DNA of 64,000 bases from Oopsacas minuta (Eukaryota; Animalia; Porifera), in contig JAKMXF010000033.1 in the NCBI GenBank assembly GCA_024704765.1, positions 1 through 64,000 of the forward strand, read 5' to 3'. Of the stretch, positions 12,547-26,207 are shown one piece after another. The translations under genes and the position numbers were made by a program. The notes beneath the pieces are model-generated. The model was not told the origin of the DNA and did not search any database. It was given only the letters and a program-made list of their open reading frames with translations. Each line of letters starts with the position of its first letter. The stretch's first letter is position 1.

Positions 12547-15500
12547 ATGTCTCAACAGCCGAGGTGAGTCAATACTCTCAAAGTTGATAGGTCAGTTTAT
12601 CTGTGTTCAATAGGTTGTTGGTCAGAGGACCTACGATTGATTTCGACGATGTGACGGCGTCTCCTGAGCCGGAGAAGGACTCAGAGAAGATCCACTTCAT
12701 CCGACACGACACGCGTACTCCATCTCCGACAGGTGACTATTACCTCAGTGATTCTCCAAACCCCAGGCAGAGAGAGTTCTCCCGTATGAAGAAGGGAGAC
12801 GTAGAGCTCCTTCAGATGGTAAATGCTGGATATGCTACAGCCTCTCTTCTAGTAGAGAAAGATAAGGTAACCTAGCGACCAGTATATGTCATCGAATGTT
12901 GTTATTATTTGTATTTAGACATCAGACAAAGGTCTTACAGCTCCAGCTCTTGATCAGTCATCCAGCCCAACACGTTACAAGCGATCAGAAAGATCAGCTG
13001 CTAAAACTATGAGACAGACAAAGGACCAATCATCTGTAGACCAGGTTAGTTACCCGCACATAATATGATAGAGCTAGTCACTGGCGTATCAAGCACCTTT
13101 GGTTCTTGGGGCTGAAAGGGCCCCGTGCACATTTCAGGCCAACTTGAAACTATTAGTCAAAACAAAGCAATAATAATCTATATATTCTGTAAAGATGTGT
13201 TAGATAATCCAAAGACGAATTAATAGAGTATTCAGTATAAGTCTTAGCCAGTTTAGAGAATTTTTGAAACGCCGTCCTTCAAGGAAATTACAGAAAAATT
13301 GCTTATTCGATGTCAAAAATGCGCCCTGGAAATCGAGAATTCAGGGGTGGATTAAGAGATTTCCGACAGAGAGAACTGTTAAAAACCCAAATTGTAGGTC
13401 CGAAACCGTGCAAGTCATTCCGGGAGAAATAGTCCTAAAGAATGTAATGGGAATTTTGGTCTAAAAGTCCAAAAACGGAAATAGTTTTATGGTGTTCATC
13501 TAGAACGTAAGCTCTAATCCTCTCTACGATAATAACAGCTGATATTCATCTTGTACGCCCTTTTGGCACTATAACTATAAGGTTTTGTTAATCTCTCCTA
13601 AATATTATGCACATTCGAACCTAATTGGTCGGACCCGTTTTTTTGGCCCGCCCTGTATGTGAGATGTTTATTTTCCAAATAAGCTTTGAATGTTATATGT
13701 GTAGACATGATCAGTTATATGCTAGATAAACCTTTTATAGTTTAGCGGGTTTGTATAGGAACGCAGTAACTACATCTTGGATCTCAAAAATATATAATAT
13801 AATGCATCTCTCTCAGTCAAGGTTGGCACCTCCCTCTGAGTGGCACCCGGGGTAAACCGCCCGCCCCCAGCCCCCTAAGTACGCCACTGGATCTTGTACA
13901 CATTCCATTTTATCCTTTAGGTTGATACGGTAACAATAATAAATGATTTAGTAAGTTTGTCTCAGAACAGTCCAAGTGGCGCCTCTCCTCTCCACTACGC
14001 TCAAACCTCCAGGAGCTTTTCTACCCACGTTACCGACACCCTGATTGAGGAGTTCAATATTGGTAAGAGTCTTGTTTGTTTGTTTGTTTGTTTGTTTGTT
14101 TGTTTGTTTGTTTATACGTTGTTTAATTGTCAGACATCAACATCACAGACAATGACGGTGACACAGCACTCCACTGGGCTGTGACACATTCACACCTTGA
14201 GAATATAGAGCTGTTAATTTCTAGAGGAGCTAATGAAAATATTTGCAATCAATCAGAAGAGGCGCCGATTCATTTAGCTATTAAAAGTGGAAAAGTAGAT
14301 GTAGCATATATTTTCTTTAGGTTTGTTTGTTTGTTGTTTGTTAGTTAGTTAGTTAGTTAGGTTATTTGTTTATTTATTTGTTTACTTCACAGTCTAAAGT
14401 GTGACCGTCATATCCTATACTCCTACAGAGGTCGTAACTATTTGCATTTAGCTTGCGAAGAGAATAATATAGAAATGGTTAAGCTAATTCTAAAATATTC
14501 CCCTAAGGGCAGACCTGGATCTGATGCCTTGGACCTTCCTGTTCCCCTCGTTACCCTCCTGGATCATGACAACTTAACACCTATACACACAGCTGCTAAG
14601 AAATGTGACTCCGAGGTAATATAACATTCCATCACTCCCTTAGGGTAACTATGCATTTATGCCAGTAATTGAATTAGATTCTGGACCTGTTACTCCATCA
14701 AGTGGATGGTGCTCAGTTGAAGGAGTCTACCCTCCTGTCAGAAAGCAGAGAGGGTTTCACACCTCTCCACTACTCGGTAGACGCGGGTAATCTAAATAAT
14801 GTTAAACTCCTACTCAGACACGGTGCCTCTCCTCTGACAGCTTCAAGACAGCAGCAGATCTCCTCTATACATTTGGCTGCTATTACCAGCAACACGTATA
14901 ATGAAATATTGACTGAGCTTATTATGTGGACACAGGGTAAGTTATATATACACATAAAAGGTGTGAAATTATGAACAATACCCACAGGATATGATCCTAC
15001 AATAGTAGACATCCGGGACTCCCAAGATAGAGCCCCTCTTCACTATGCTGCCACTTATAATCACGTCCAATCAGCTTCTATTCTGCATAACTATGGAGCT
15101 AATCTTAATTCAATTGACAGAGATGGTAACACCCCTCTGATAGTAGCAGCTTCTAAAGGTGCTACTAAAGTGCTACAATTTCTGTTAGATAAGGTAATAT
15201 ATTGCATTCCTATCCTCTCTTACTGTTGCTATGCTGTGTTAATCAGCTGTTTATCAGGGAGCAGATGTTACAGCTCAGAACCATAAGGGGCAGACAGCCC
15301 TTCTGGTATCCATAGAGGAGGGACACTGGAAAACCGCTCGGGAGTTGCTCACGTGTCCGGACGAGGAATCTAAGTCTGTTCTTGTCATAATTCCTGATGA
15401 CACCGGACAGACACCTCTACATGTAATCTGTAAGGGTAGTGGTGATTATAAGACAATGAGTATGCTGCTAGAACTACATGCTGATGTTAATATGCACGAT

Positions 15501-18500
15501 AGGAACAGAAGGGTTAGCTATGTCCCCTATTGGAGTATAAATATTGGGTATATTAATAAAGTAACACCTTTAGATCCCGCTACACTACGCATGCTACTAC
15601 GGGTCTAATTCCATGAGTTACAAGCTACTTCAGGAAGGTGTCTGGGGGTCTATGCTTAATGACGTAGATTACAGAGGACACACATCTCTACATATGGCTG
15701 CTAGAGAAGGACACTTAGAAATAATAAAATTATTACTCCAGAAAGGTGCACACATAACAAGATCTCTGGATCATGACTCTGCATTTTCTCTAGCTTGTAA
15801 ACATGGACACCTAAAATGTGCTCAGCTGCTATACAAGGTTGTTATTACTATTGTTTGTTGTTATTATTGTTTACTTGTGTGTATAGACTAACAACACCAT
15901 GCTGAACTGGCAGAACGTTCACGGACACACAGCTCTCCATTTAGCAGCTGGTAGTGGGAGGAAGGATACAGTATTGTGGTTATTAGATATTAATAGCTTA
16001 TTGCTATGGGATAATACCCAGAAATCATTTGCTGATATCGCAATAGAAAGGAAAGAGCAATCTCTGATGTCTGCTGTATTAGGACATAACAGGTTACTTT
16101 ACTTTTATTTGTTTACTTCTGTTGTTATTGTTGTTTATTAGATGGGGTGAAGTTATGAAGCTAAACTCTCCAGCAGCACCTCCCCCATTTGTGTCACTTG
16201 TACAGTTCTTACCAGATCTAGCCAAGGTTTGCTTGTTTACATGTTTGTTTTCTTGCTTGTTTACATGTTTGTTTGTTTAGGTCATTCTAGAGAGAGCAAT
16301 TACCAAATCTTCTGAACCTCCCGACCATAAAGATTATTATGTAAGTATATTTGTTTGTTTGTTTGTTTGTTTGTTATTTGTGCGTATTTGTAGGAAAGAG
16401 TAAATTTTACATTTCTACTATCAAACACTTCTCAAGAACAACGAACACCAAGAACTCTATCAGGTGTTTCCAAACAACTAAAAGCAAAGAGGAATATGTC
16501 AAAAATGATGTCAAATAATCTTTGTTAGTTACATAAATACACAAAAGAATATTAAGATTAATTAATAAATTCTATTTTTAGCAACTAGATGGAAAACTGT
16601 CTCCCAGGAGACAAAGCCTGTGACCCCTGTCAAGAAGAGTATTATTTCTAGGATCAAGTCCCATTACACCCTTAGCAACCTGCTTAGGAGCAGGTATGTG
16701 TACGAGGAGAGCTCCTTATACGCACTACACGTGAGTTCTATTTTTAGAAATAATAGCTATAATTAGAACAAATCTATTAAGGAGTTCTGCTGAGTTTTTT
16801 GAGAAGTTTATTATAGTTCTGTCCCATTGTGACGTCATCCTGTAAACTCAGTGACGTCATGTAGCAGTCAGCTGATTGGTCTAACTTCCCCCATAGGTGA
16901 TATAGCACTCCTATATTTAATTGGTTAATAACGAGCTAATAACTAGCATAATTATTAACATACCTAGGTTACCATGGTAACTAGCTACATCAGGACTGAG
17001 CTGAATCAGCTGTTTGTACAGATACTCAGCTTCTGAGTATTTTCCTATCTTTCCTAGATAATTAGCTTTGGAATAAATGAATTGTTGCTCGTTAGGAAAT
17101 AAAGTAATTGCCTCGTCCATGGTTCTCTCCGTTTCTTGGCTGTTCTCGTTTTGAAGAGAAAGACAGAGGTTAATCCATGAGCTAATATGATCTATTTTAA
17201 GATTAATACTCTTCCTGTACGCAGCCTGTGCCATCTCCCCCATCTCCTGCGCAAGGTACAAGTTCCCTATACAGGATGCTAATTAGATTAACTAGCTATC
17301 TGTAATCTGATTGGTTAATACCTAAGTTGTAGTAAGCGTCAGGATAATTATTCCTGTGTTTAATAGCTGTTAGAATACTCTGTTCTGATTGGCTGAACAG
17401 CTTCAAATCTGTCTCCACTGTTCCTCTATTCATCCAAGCAGCTGCGAATTTAGGCGCCACTTCTACAGCTCTAACTAACAGCTGATGAGCCTCTAATAGA
17501 TTCCCTCTCTCCTTCAAGAGATTACCCAGATTGTTAAGGGCATGCTCGTAGTCAGGGTAGAGTCTAAGGAATGTATAACCGTAGTCAGGGTAGAGTCTAA
17601 GGAATGTATAACCGTAGTCAGGGTAGAGTCTATGGAATGTGTACTAACCTTATAGCCTCCCTATATCTGAGCTCAGCCTCCTCAACCTGGTAACTAGATA
17701 TCACCTTAGCTATGTTATAATGTATCTTAGCGTTAAGCGGACAAACCTTAATACCACTCCGATACAAATCCTCCTGACTTATCCAATCCATACTCCTTGA
17801 GAATGATCTGCAAATATATGTCTAAAAATAGCCACTTTCTTGTGTATAATTAACAAACCTTATTAAGAATATTATACACAGAAGTGGTAGCAATCTCCTC
17901 AGCCACTTCACACCTCTAGACCACGAGCCACTAAATAACAGCTCCCCATAGATGGCACAAATAGTGTCCTCTCCGCCACCACAAATCCTACTCTAAATAA
18001 CAGATTAGTAGCTGGTAAGAATGGAATAGTAATTGCAACTATACCACAGCTTAGTTCCATATTCTTAACACTTCTATAAACTAGAATGGATATTAATAGC
18101 CACATTAATAAACTGATAACATTCCTTCCATCCAGTAACGTATCTATGAGAGGAATACAACCCATTGACCAATCAAAACACAGCCAGAAAGGCAGAGCCA
18201 GGAGATAGGTGTTTAGCGCCCAAATATAGTTGTAGGTTAGAATTCTTGTTAGCCAATCAGAAGCGAAGGAAGCTGGGTTGTCAACTTCCTACAAATAACA
18301 ATAACTTATTTGTTTGTTTGTTTGTTTATCAGTTACCTGGAATGTTGGAATATTTCCCTCCATCAGTATCCATCTCAAATATCCAAGTGTCAGAATTGAC
18401 ACAAAATATATCACAGAGCGACACATTACCCACCATAAGTTACACTTGTATTGTCCATTAATTATCAGTAATAATTCCCATAACATACAGACCCCTAGAA

Positions 18501-19930
18501 CCGTGATCCCCTGCTCCTTACTCAGCATAGCTAATCCTCCTAACATTCCTGTACCCAACAGCCATATTGTGCCATTAACACCTCCCCACAGAGAATTCAT
18601 CCATGTAGCTATCCCCAATAGGTAGAATATTGATGACGTCATCTCTGCCCGCCCTACTATACCACTAACAGACTCTGTGTGTATTGGATGAGAGGCAAAT
18701 AGAACAGCTGACCAATCAGCTGTATCACTGCTCCCACTCAATCTACAAGATAATAAATCAGCTGATTGATTGATTAATCAGCTGACAAGCATCAGATAAT
18801 TGTATCCTCAGAAATCAGAGTCGGATTAGATTCGTCATTTGCTTGTAAATTCAACCAATCAGTAGCTTAGTTATCAGGTGTTATCTCAGCTGTTATATTT
18901 TGGGTGCTTAATAATATCGTAAACAACTAACCGTAAACAACTAACCTCTCTACAACACTTCTGTATAACAAACAAACAACAACATATAGTATAACATTAT
19001 GTATATGAAACACAGCTGGATTCAGCTCCTCTCCTGACCAATAGGAATCTAGTCTGAACATCAGTACAGTTATAGGCCTATAGGACTTATGACTGCTCTT
19101 AGACCTTATGTCCTCTCCCCAGAAGTCATGTGAGAATACTCCCGCCATAGACCCGTTGCCTGTGACGTCACTATTGGTAAGAATAGCCTCTGTATCATCA
19201 AACACGAATCCTCCGTACAGACTGGGGTAGTTACTAATAATAGCACAAGCGAGTATACCCGCTATTCCAAGTATTCTATTCATCTATTAATAGTAACATA
19301 TTCTATTTATAGACTATGATAGAGCATTACAGAATAGGTCTGCTGACACATCCTGTAACCAAGAAGTACCTGGACTATAAATGGTATGTATAGCACCCAT
19401 TCAGTACTCCCTTGTACCGATATTAACTAGGTGTTATCATCTACAGGAGGACATATGGGAGGATATATTACACTATAAGTATACTACCATTTATATTGTT
19501 CCTGTCCCTATTGACAACTGAGATATTCTATGTTTATTATTTCTCAACTAATGCATTCTCTAACTCCAATATGGTTGCTAGGAGCAATTCCAGCTGCTCT
19601 GAAGCTTTTCAATTTAATTTAACTAAACTACAAAATGATGGTTATGTCGATGCCACCCTAGCAACCACTAACTTCTTTTGGAATTCTAATTTAAGGACGA
19701 ATGCTACTAGACTAACTTCTATTCAAAATCTCGGATGTCAGTGTTATCCACTATATCGTTTGGTAAGTAAATAATAACAATAATATTCGAGCGGACCTTC
19801 GAAATTTGTACTTCTTATCTGAAACAAAATCAGCTGATTTTGTGTAAATATTTGATGTATTAACTGTGTTAAGAACACCTGTTATAAAAATCATATTTGT
19901 ATACTCCCAAGGGTGCTCTTAGTCCTAAAC

Positions 19931-19991
<61 letters not shown>

Positions 19992-21378
19992 TTGTTTGTG
20001 TTTCAGAATGTAGTTGATGACAAAGAGCTGTATATAATATTTCCACTTTTGACTGTGACGTTGGGATACTTGCTGTTTCAGATTTACAAAATAATCAAAC
20101 AAGTGAGTAATCAATTAATCATATTATCACACCTCTTAATAATTAATAACATCCTGTAGCCAATTCTCTACTGGTTCAGTGCTGTTAACTTGTTTGAGTT
20201 AGCTACCCTCTTGGTTACTGTAACTCTAAGAGAGGGCACAGATTTCGGTATTAATTTGGACAGATCTGCTCTGGCGCTCTTTCTGGGATACGGAGCCTTA
20301 TTCCTACAGTTCCGTAGATATGCTTGGAGTGGTTTATACGTCACTATGTTCTTAGAAGTAATTTCATCAATGATAAAGGTCAGTATCCGTATATATATAT
20401 TGTCACCTTACCTAACTTCATCAATATTCTCTTGTTTAGGCTATTCTAGTATTCTTACCTATCTTGTTAGCGTACATGATAATATTCTTCCTGATGACTA
20501 GTCCCATTAAAGGATTCTCTGACATAATAGTATCCATGGTCCGTATTCCTGTTATGCTGGTAGGAGAATTAGATTTCTATGACAGTTTTCTAGCTGAAGC
20601 TGTTTGCTATAGAAATAAATACATTATTTACATTATACTAACTTTATTCATATTTGGTATTACCATATCTCTAGCTAATCTACTGGTGAGTTGTTTGTTT
20701 GTTTGTTTGTTTACTTGTTCGTTTACTTCTTTGGTGTGTAGATTGGTTTAGCAGTAGGAGATATCGACAACATTCTTAAACAAGCTGTCGTATCCAAGTC
20801 GATTGAGCAAGTTAATTGGCTTACAGATTTTGAGCTCGGTCCCATATTCCCTCTCTTCAAGAGATGGACACATTGGGAGAGCCTTATGGTGTATCCTAAC
20901 AGGAAGAGACACCTCGTGTCTAAGGTGACAATATGTTATTATTATTTAATTCCATATTAATCAGCTGTTATAGATTGTAGCAAACATTGACGTATTTGGT
21001 ATATTCAGTCAGCAATACACGACACAGAATGAGCTTAACTCTGATATAACAGATCCAAATTTGTTGTTCTTAATAGGATTAAAGGAAGAGAACAACAACC
21101 TTAAAATGCAGTAAGTGTTACACTAGCAACGGGATATGTACAATGGAATGTTTCTGTTATTAATATATATCATTTATAGATTACAAGGTGCTACAGATGA
21201 GATCTCTAATCTCCAAACAAGTTTCAATAAAGTGTTTGCGGTTGTCCAGAAAATAGATCAGAAAATAGACATGATATCTCCTCTAGATGAGAGCCAGAGG
21301 ACACTCCCCAAATCTTACAGGTCTCCTGTCTTGGAGAAGCGTCTTAAAATAACCAGCTTACAATCTACCAGTCAATAA
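12547..21378 (+). CDS. TRPA1: TRPA1-like ankyrin-repeat cation channel, multi-exon, hosting a nested gene
   Basis: Many ankyrin repeats (GDTALHWA, GFTPLHYS, GQTPLHV, GHTSLHMAA, GHTALHLAA). Linker ..SLYALH|TMIEHYRIGLLTHPVTKKYLDYKW, TM region ALFLQFRRYAWSGLYVTMFLEV, pore MLVGELDF, S6 ISLANLL|GLAVGDI, C-terminal coiled coil ending TSQ*. Confidence 0.88.
13079..13889. mobile_element. Non-autonomous hAT-like element (possibly composite) in a TRPA intron
   Basis: Ends CACTGGCGTA (13079) and TACGCCACTG (13880-13889) are 9/10 inverted. Flanks GAGCTAGT and GATCTTGT match 6/8, like an aged 8-bp TSD. An internal solo Tc1/mariner-like end (TTTTGGCCCGCCCTG-TA) lies at ~13641-13657. Confidence 0.55.
16777..19283 (-). 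CDS. TMTC4: TMTC4-like protein O-mannosyltransferase (TM + TPR), nested antisense in a TRPA intron
   Basis: GGFVFDDTEAI..FSHDFWG..SHKSYRPITV..HPIHTESVSGIVGRAE..LSKEQGIT..PFLPATNLLFRVGFVVAERTLFVPSMG, then TPRs (PKFAAAWMNRG, PDAYYNLG, PDVASYHGNLG|VLYHLWG). Confidence 0.93.
17548..17646. repeat. Three tandem 33-bp copies spanning a TMTC4 intron/exon junction
   Basis: GTAGTCAGGGTAGAGTCTAAGGAATGTATAACC at 17548 and 17581, with a variant copy at 17614. Confidence 0.9.
19931..19988. repeat. (GTT)n microsatellite in a TRPA intron
   Basis: Uninterrupted run of about 19 TGT/GTT units. Confidence 0.95.
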
Positions 21379-21567
21379 CAATACAAACAATTGTTGATAT
21401 TTATTCTTTGTATATTTGCAATATTTTTTAACTGATTTTAGCAGTTTGTATATATCTAAACTTGTAAATACAAAATGTGTTTGTTGATGCCAGATTTATG
21501 GGTTCCCCGTCCAAAATATTAAATATAACTCAAATACTCTAATTTAATTAGTCACTAATTATAATAT

Positions 21568-24384
21568 TTACGACAATTCCATTGGTTCCTGTTTCTGTTC
21601 AGATTTATCAGCTGATTCACTTGCTTCTAAACTCTGTGATTCTATTGGTTCATCTGAGGTTGCTACAGACTATAAATAGAATAAATTCATTCCTTATTTA
21701 TTCAATAATATACTCACCTCTTTCTTTGTGTTGTTATTTACATCATCAACAGCTGGAGGTGAGCTAAATAAACAATAATATAACTATATCGTAGCCCAAG
21801 TTGTGAAAATATGATAAATCATCCAGCATAATAACTTCTAAGGGAGGACAGACTAACACCTTGATATATGTATATATCTACCCGTTATAATACACACCCA
21901 TATATTATCACTCAATTAATATACAACCTCTACACTACAGTATTAATTCTATTGCCTGTGATGTAACAATGGAATTGCCGTTTGACGTAGCTAGCTTATT
22001 AGCTGTGTCTTCTGTGAAAATAATTATAACTGAGGCTATAATATAAATACTAATTGTGCTCACGTGTTGCTAGGACTGTCTGCTTTAGGAGAAATAGGTT
22101 CCTCAGTTGGTTCTTCTATTTCTGGCTATAATATATTCTATATTAGACACTATACATATGATAAATAGTTATCACCTTTTTAATCTCTGTATCGGTTGGT
22201 CCTGTGTCTGTCTCCATAGACTCAGAGGGGGCAGAAGTGTCCGCTTGTGTAACAACCTCCTCCTTACCCGTACTACCCTCTATAGTCTAGATATACACAT
22301 GCTAACACCTTGATATGCAATAATATATTCTTACCGTATCAGCTCCTTCTGATAGAAGTATCTTAAGATTCAGGTTTGCGTTGTTTGTTTGTTTGTCTTC
22401 TTCTAACTTGGCTCCTGCCTCCATGGGATCAGTGACAGGAGGTACAGAAGGGTTACTGGCCTCCTCTGACAGCTGCGGGAGAGGAGAAGCTTCCTTGTCT
22501 GAGGACATTATGGAGAGATGTTTCCTTTTCGCTTCATAAGGTGGACTATAATTAAATAATATAGAAATAACTCTCTATACTGATTGGGTATTCGTATATA
22601 ATACTGACCTGATATTCCTTTTGTCCTCATCTCCTGACAGATAGGGGTCCTCTTCGTTCCTCTCCACCTGTTGGTCCACCTCATCAGGTGTCATACGCAC
22701 ATCTGGGTCTCTCTAACAACAATAATAGTTTACTAATTGTTTGTTTATTTGTCTGTTTATTAGCTAAATACCTGAGGCGGTTCAATAGTGATCGCATCAG
22801 GAGGAACAGGTTGCATCTGTACGCTGGGTACAAATGTCAATTCCTTTAAGTTCTTAAGCAGCTGTACCTTAATCTTATCCAAGTATTCTTTATTATTATG
22901 ATTTACCATATTTGTAGGAAGAATGTGTAGCTTGAAGTCTGGACCGAAATATTCGTAGTAGTCATTATACGGTAAAACTAAATATCATAATAGGTGTCAA
23001 TGTCTGCTTATTTGGCGCCTATTTCCTGGGGTAACTCACTATTAGAAATCTCAGAATTAAGTGCTAAAGATGTCTCATAGGTCCAACACCGCGCTACATT
23101 CCTGATTGTGTAACCACCTCCTCCTAACAACATCAATGGTACATTGAATTGTCTAAGGAATTCCAAACATTTTCCGTGTCCTTTCAGAGATAAATTGAAA
23201 CATCCCAATCTATCCCCGGCTAGAGAATCAGCCCCGCACTGTAGGACTACTGCCCCCGGGTCGTAGACTTCCATCACTTTACTTACAATCTAAATATAAT
23301 AGAAGCTGTCAGCTAATCTCAGTGATTAGTGAAGATATACATAGCCTAGATTTATCATCATATCGACACAATTCTAACACTTACTGGCTCAAATATTTCC
23401 CTATATGAGCTGTCCTCTATCCCATCTCTTAGTGGGAAGTTTAGAGCGTAATATCTACCTTGATTAGCTCCTACGTCCTTCAGATCTCCTGTCCCTGGGA
23501 AATACTCTCCGTATTTATGGAATGAAACCGTCATAACTCTATCTGTAGTATAGAATGCTTCCTCTACTCCATCTCCATGATGTATGTCGATATCTATGTA
23601 CAGCACCCTCTGGTGATACCTGTATACAATATGTTATTGTTTGTTTGTTTACTAGTTGTATACAACTCACTTTAACAGCTCAATAATAGCCAGCACTATA
23701 TCATTAACATAACAGAATCCTGAAGCCTCTGATTTCTTAGCGTGATGTAATCCTCCCATCCAGTTTATAGCTATGTCTGTATTACCTTTATTCAACTTTA
23801 CAGCTGATGCTATAATGGACCAGGGATATTAGGGATACCTTGAGTTATATTCAGACACCCACAGGGTGCTTACCTATTGATCCTGCAGCTGTTATCTGAC
23901 AGAACTCAAACAATCCCTCAAACACAGGACAATCCTCTCCCACATTAACTACCAAATAATTATATCAACCTTTTAACACCTTATACATATGATTAATTAC
24001 TTACACCTCTGCTTCTGTCTTACATAATCGTGCATATTATCAGGTTTAATATTCCTCAGAAAGTTAACATAATCCTCAGAGTGGTACCGAACCATGTCCA
24101 ATGATCCAACCCTGTGTGGTCTCTATACAAAAGGTGTGAAAATGTGTATATAAACCATACATATAATAACTCACATATATTTCCATTTTCCTGTATAATC
24201 CATAGTTAAGAAGCAAATTATGAGCCATTCTAATCCGGTGCGGTTTCATAGGGTGTCCCTGTCCGTAGTAGTAGTTACCCACATCTCCTATAAACACGAT
24301 AAATCACATTTTCACACTTCCGATTATTAATAACATACCGTCATAATAATAACAGACTCTACGTCTACCTCCTGTAGTACTCAT
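21568..24384 (-). CDS. HDAC1: Class I histone deacetylase HDAC1/2 with long acidic C-terminal tail
   Basis: [16 protein letters not shown]|[89 protein letters not shown]. The distal tail exons (21568-22620) are hand-joined and less certain. Confidence 0.92.
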
Positions 24385-24550
24385 TAGCTACCTAGCAACC
24401 AGTATATGATACAGGAATGTGATTAATATATAAGCTATGATTAAACACATATTAACGCCTTTCCTATCCCAATCAATGACCATACAATTATTAATATTTA
24501 TAACTAATCACCAAGAATATCCATATGTTACTATAAATAGAACAATGTAA

Positions 24551-25996
24551 TTATTTGTGGTTGAATACTCCAGCAATAGCCAGTACTATCAAAATAATAA
24601 CAATCACTACTATGAATACTCCCAAAATAATACAGATTATAACAAATGTGAGCTTCCTGGAGCTTTTCTAGAGGATATAATAACCGGTGTTAGTTCTGGT
24701 ATATTCATATTATTAATAGTTGTTTACCTTGTATCTGTGTGCTTTTATTATTTCCTTCTCGCCCTTATTCACAGCTAAATTAGCTGTCTCTACGTGAGCC
24801 TCAATATTATCTATATATAGAACAACACGTAACCTAGCAACGGGACTGTAAGGAAACATGTATAACTAACCAATCAAATGTCCTTGATCCTGTATCATGA
24901 TACCGATATCTCTAAACATGTCATTGAGTCCCAATATGTCGGTCTATAATAAGAATTCATTTATCACAGTTTGGTAACCAAAGAATACATTCATATACGG
25001 ATTTATTAACACCTGATACATACCTCAATCTGTCTGAGAGCTATCTCCCTCTCCTCTAGCTGGGCTATTTGTTCCTGATCTCTTACTTGTGCTTGTGTTT
25101 GAGCTAATCTATAATTACACACAATTATAATATCCATAGTCCAATTCTACGTTTTACTAACCTGTCCTGTGGAATAAGTAAATTCCTCTCTTCATTATGG
25201 AAACTAGGGTCTATGGAATCCAGACCGGAAGTAGCCCTCTCTCGAGCAATGGATTCTCGTTCTTTCCTTAGCAACGTCTAAGGAATGTTTGTATAATCAT
25301 ATAGAAATGTATAATTATATAAATAACAACCTCTTGCGCTTGTTTGAATCTTTCAATTGTTTGTTTGAAATTTGCTTTTATTCTATCTAACTGCATCTTA
25401 CGAGTCTAAATAATAATAATAATAATACATTCTAGAGAGTAGTAAGCGTTGCTAGGTTACCCTATCTCCTGATTGTCTGACTTGATTCTCGAATTTCTCC
25501 AAATCGTCCCTCGTCATTTTCAGGAGAGAAGTTGTATCTTCTTTCAAATAGGAACTAAACAAACAAATCAATAGAGTAGATGGCGTATATACAAGCACCA
25601 TCCCCTGGAGTACAGGTCTCACATATTCCTGTATATTTATACCGGTTATAAGAGCATGTATTCTACTCATAAGGTGTTATATAACCGATATACACTTACA
25701 GTTCAGATCTTATCCTGCTAGCGTCTGGCGTTCCTAGCTTCTTTATCATCTTTTCCATCTCAGCGACTATAAAATATAATAAATGAATATATGAATAATC
25801 GTGAAATAAACCATTAACACCTCTATATTAACTCACCATTCCGTGTGATGTGCTGTATATTCTGTGAGAGGAGATTAGCTAGTCTGTCTATATCCATCTT
25901 GGAGTTATCTAGGTGTTAGAATTAATCATATTACACTATAAGATATAACACTTAAGTAAATATACCTGGAGTATCTTGATAAGCAGTGTAGTGCAT
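24551..25996 (-). CDS. STX7: Syntaxin-7/12 family Qa-SNARE, multi-exon
   Basis: Habc ..RLANLLSQNIQHITRN|VAEMEKMIKKLGTP.., SNARE EREIALRQIE|TDILGLNDMFRDIGIMIQDQGHLID|NIEAHVE, then tail anchor KSSRKLTFVIICIILGVFIVV..NHK*. Confidence 0.88.
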
Positions 25997-26207
25997 AAGA
26001 TAATTGAGTTATAGAATCAAATGAAGCTAATAATAGAATATACATATTATACAACTGAGGAATGTACCATGTTGGATCGAATAATAGTCCTCATAAGTGA
26101 TCCCCTACCTAGCTCTGGTGTTCACACCTTAGGGTGAAGACACCAAATTGAACAGTGGAGCGAGCATACCTATGTGAGGAATATGACATGACTGACACAC
26201 GCACAGC

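Noticed and set aside
13264-13464. 66-aa ORF inside the TRPA intron element as a transposase fragment
   Set aside because: No DDE/D or helix-turn-helix features are recognisable.
14075-14112. (TTTG)n / (CAAA)n runs in many introns as a distinct element
   Set aside because: Simple microsatellite-like tracts in both orientations with no boundaries or TSDs; treated as background.
19869-20114. Poly-Asn ORF on the minus strand
   Set aside because: Produced by the (GTT)n microsatellite in a TRPA intron.
24557-24778. Plus-strand 73-aa ORF with an apparent TM segment
   Set aside because: It is the antisense shadow of the last syntaxin exons.
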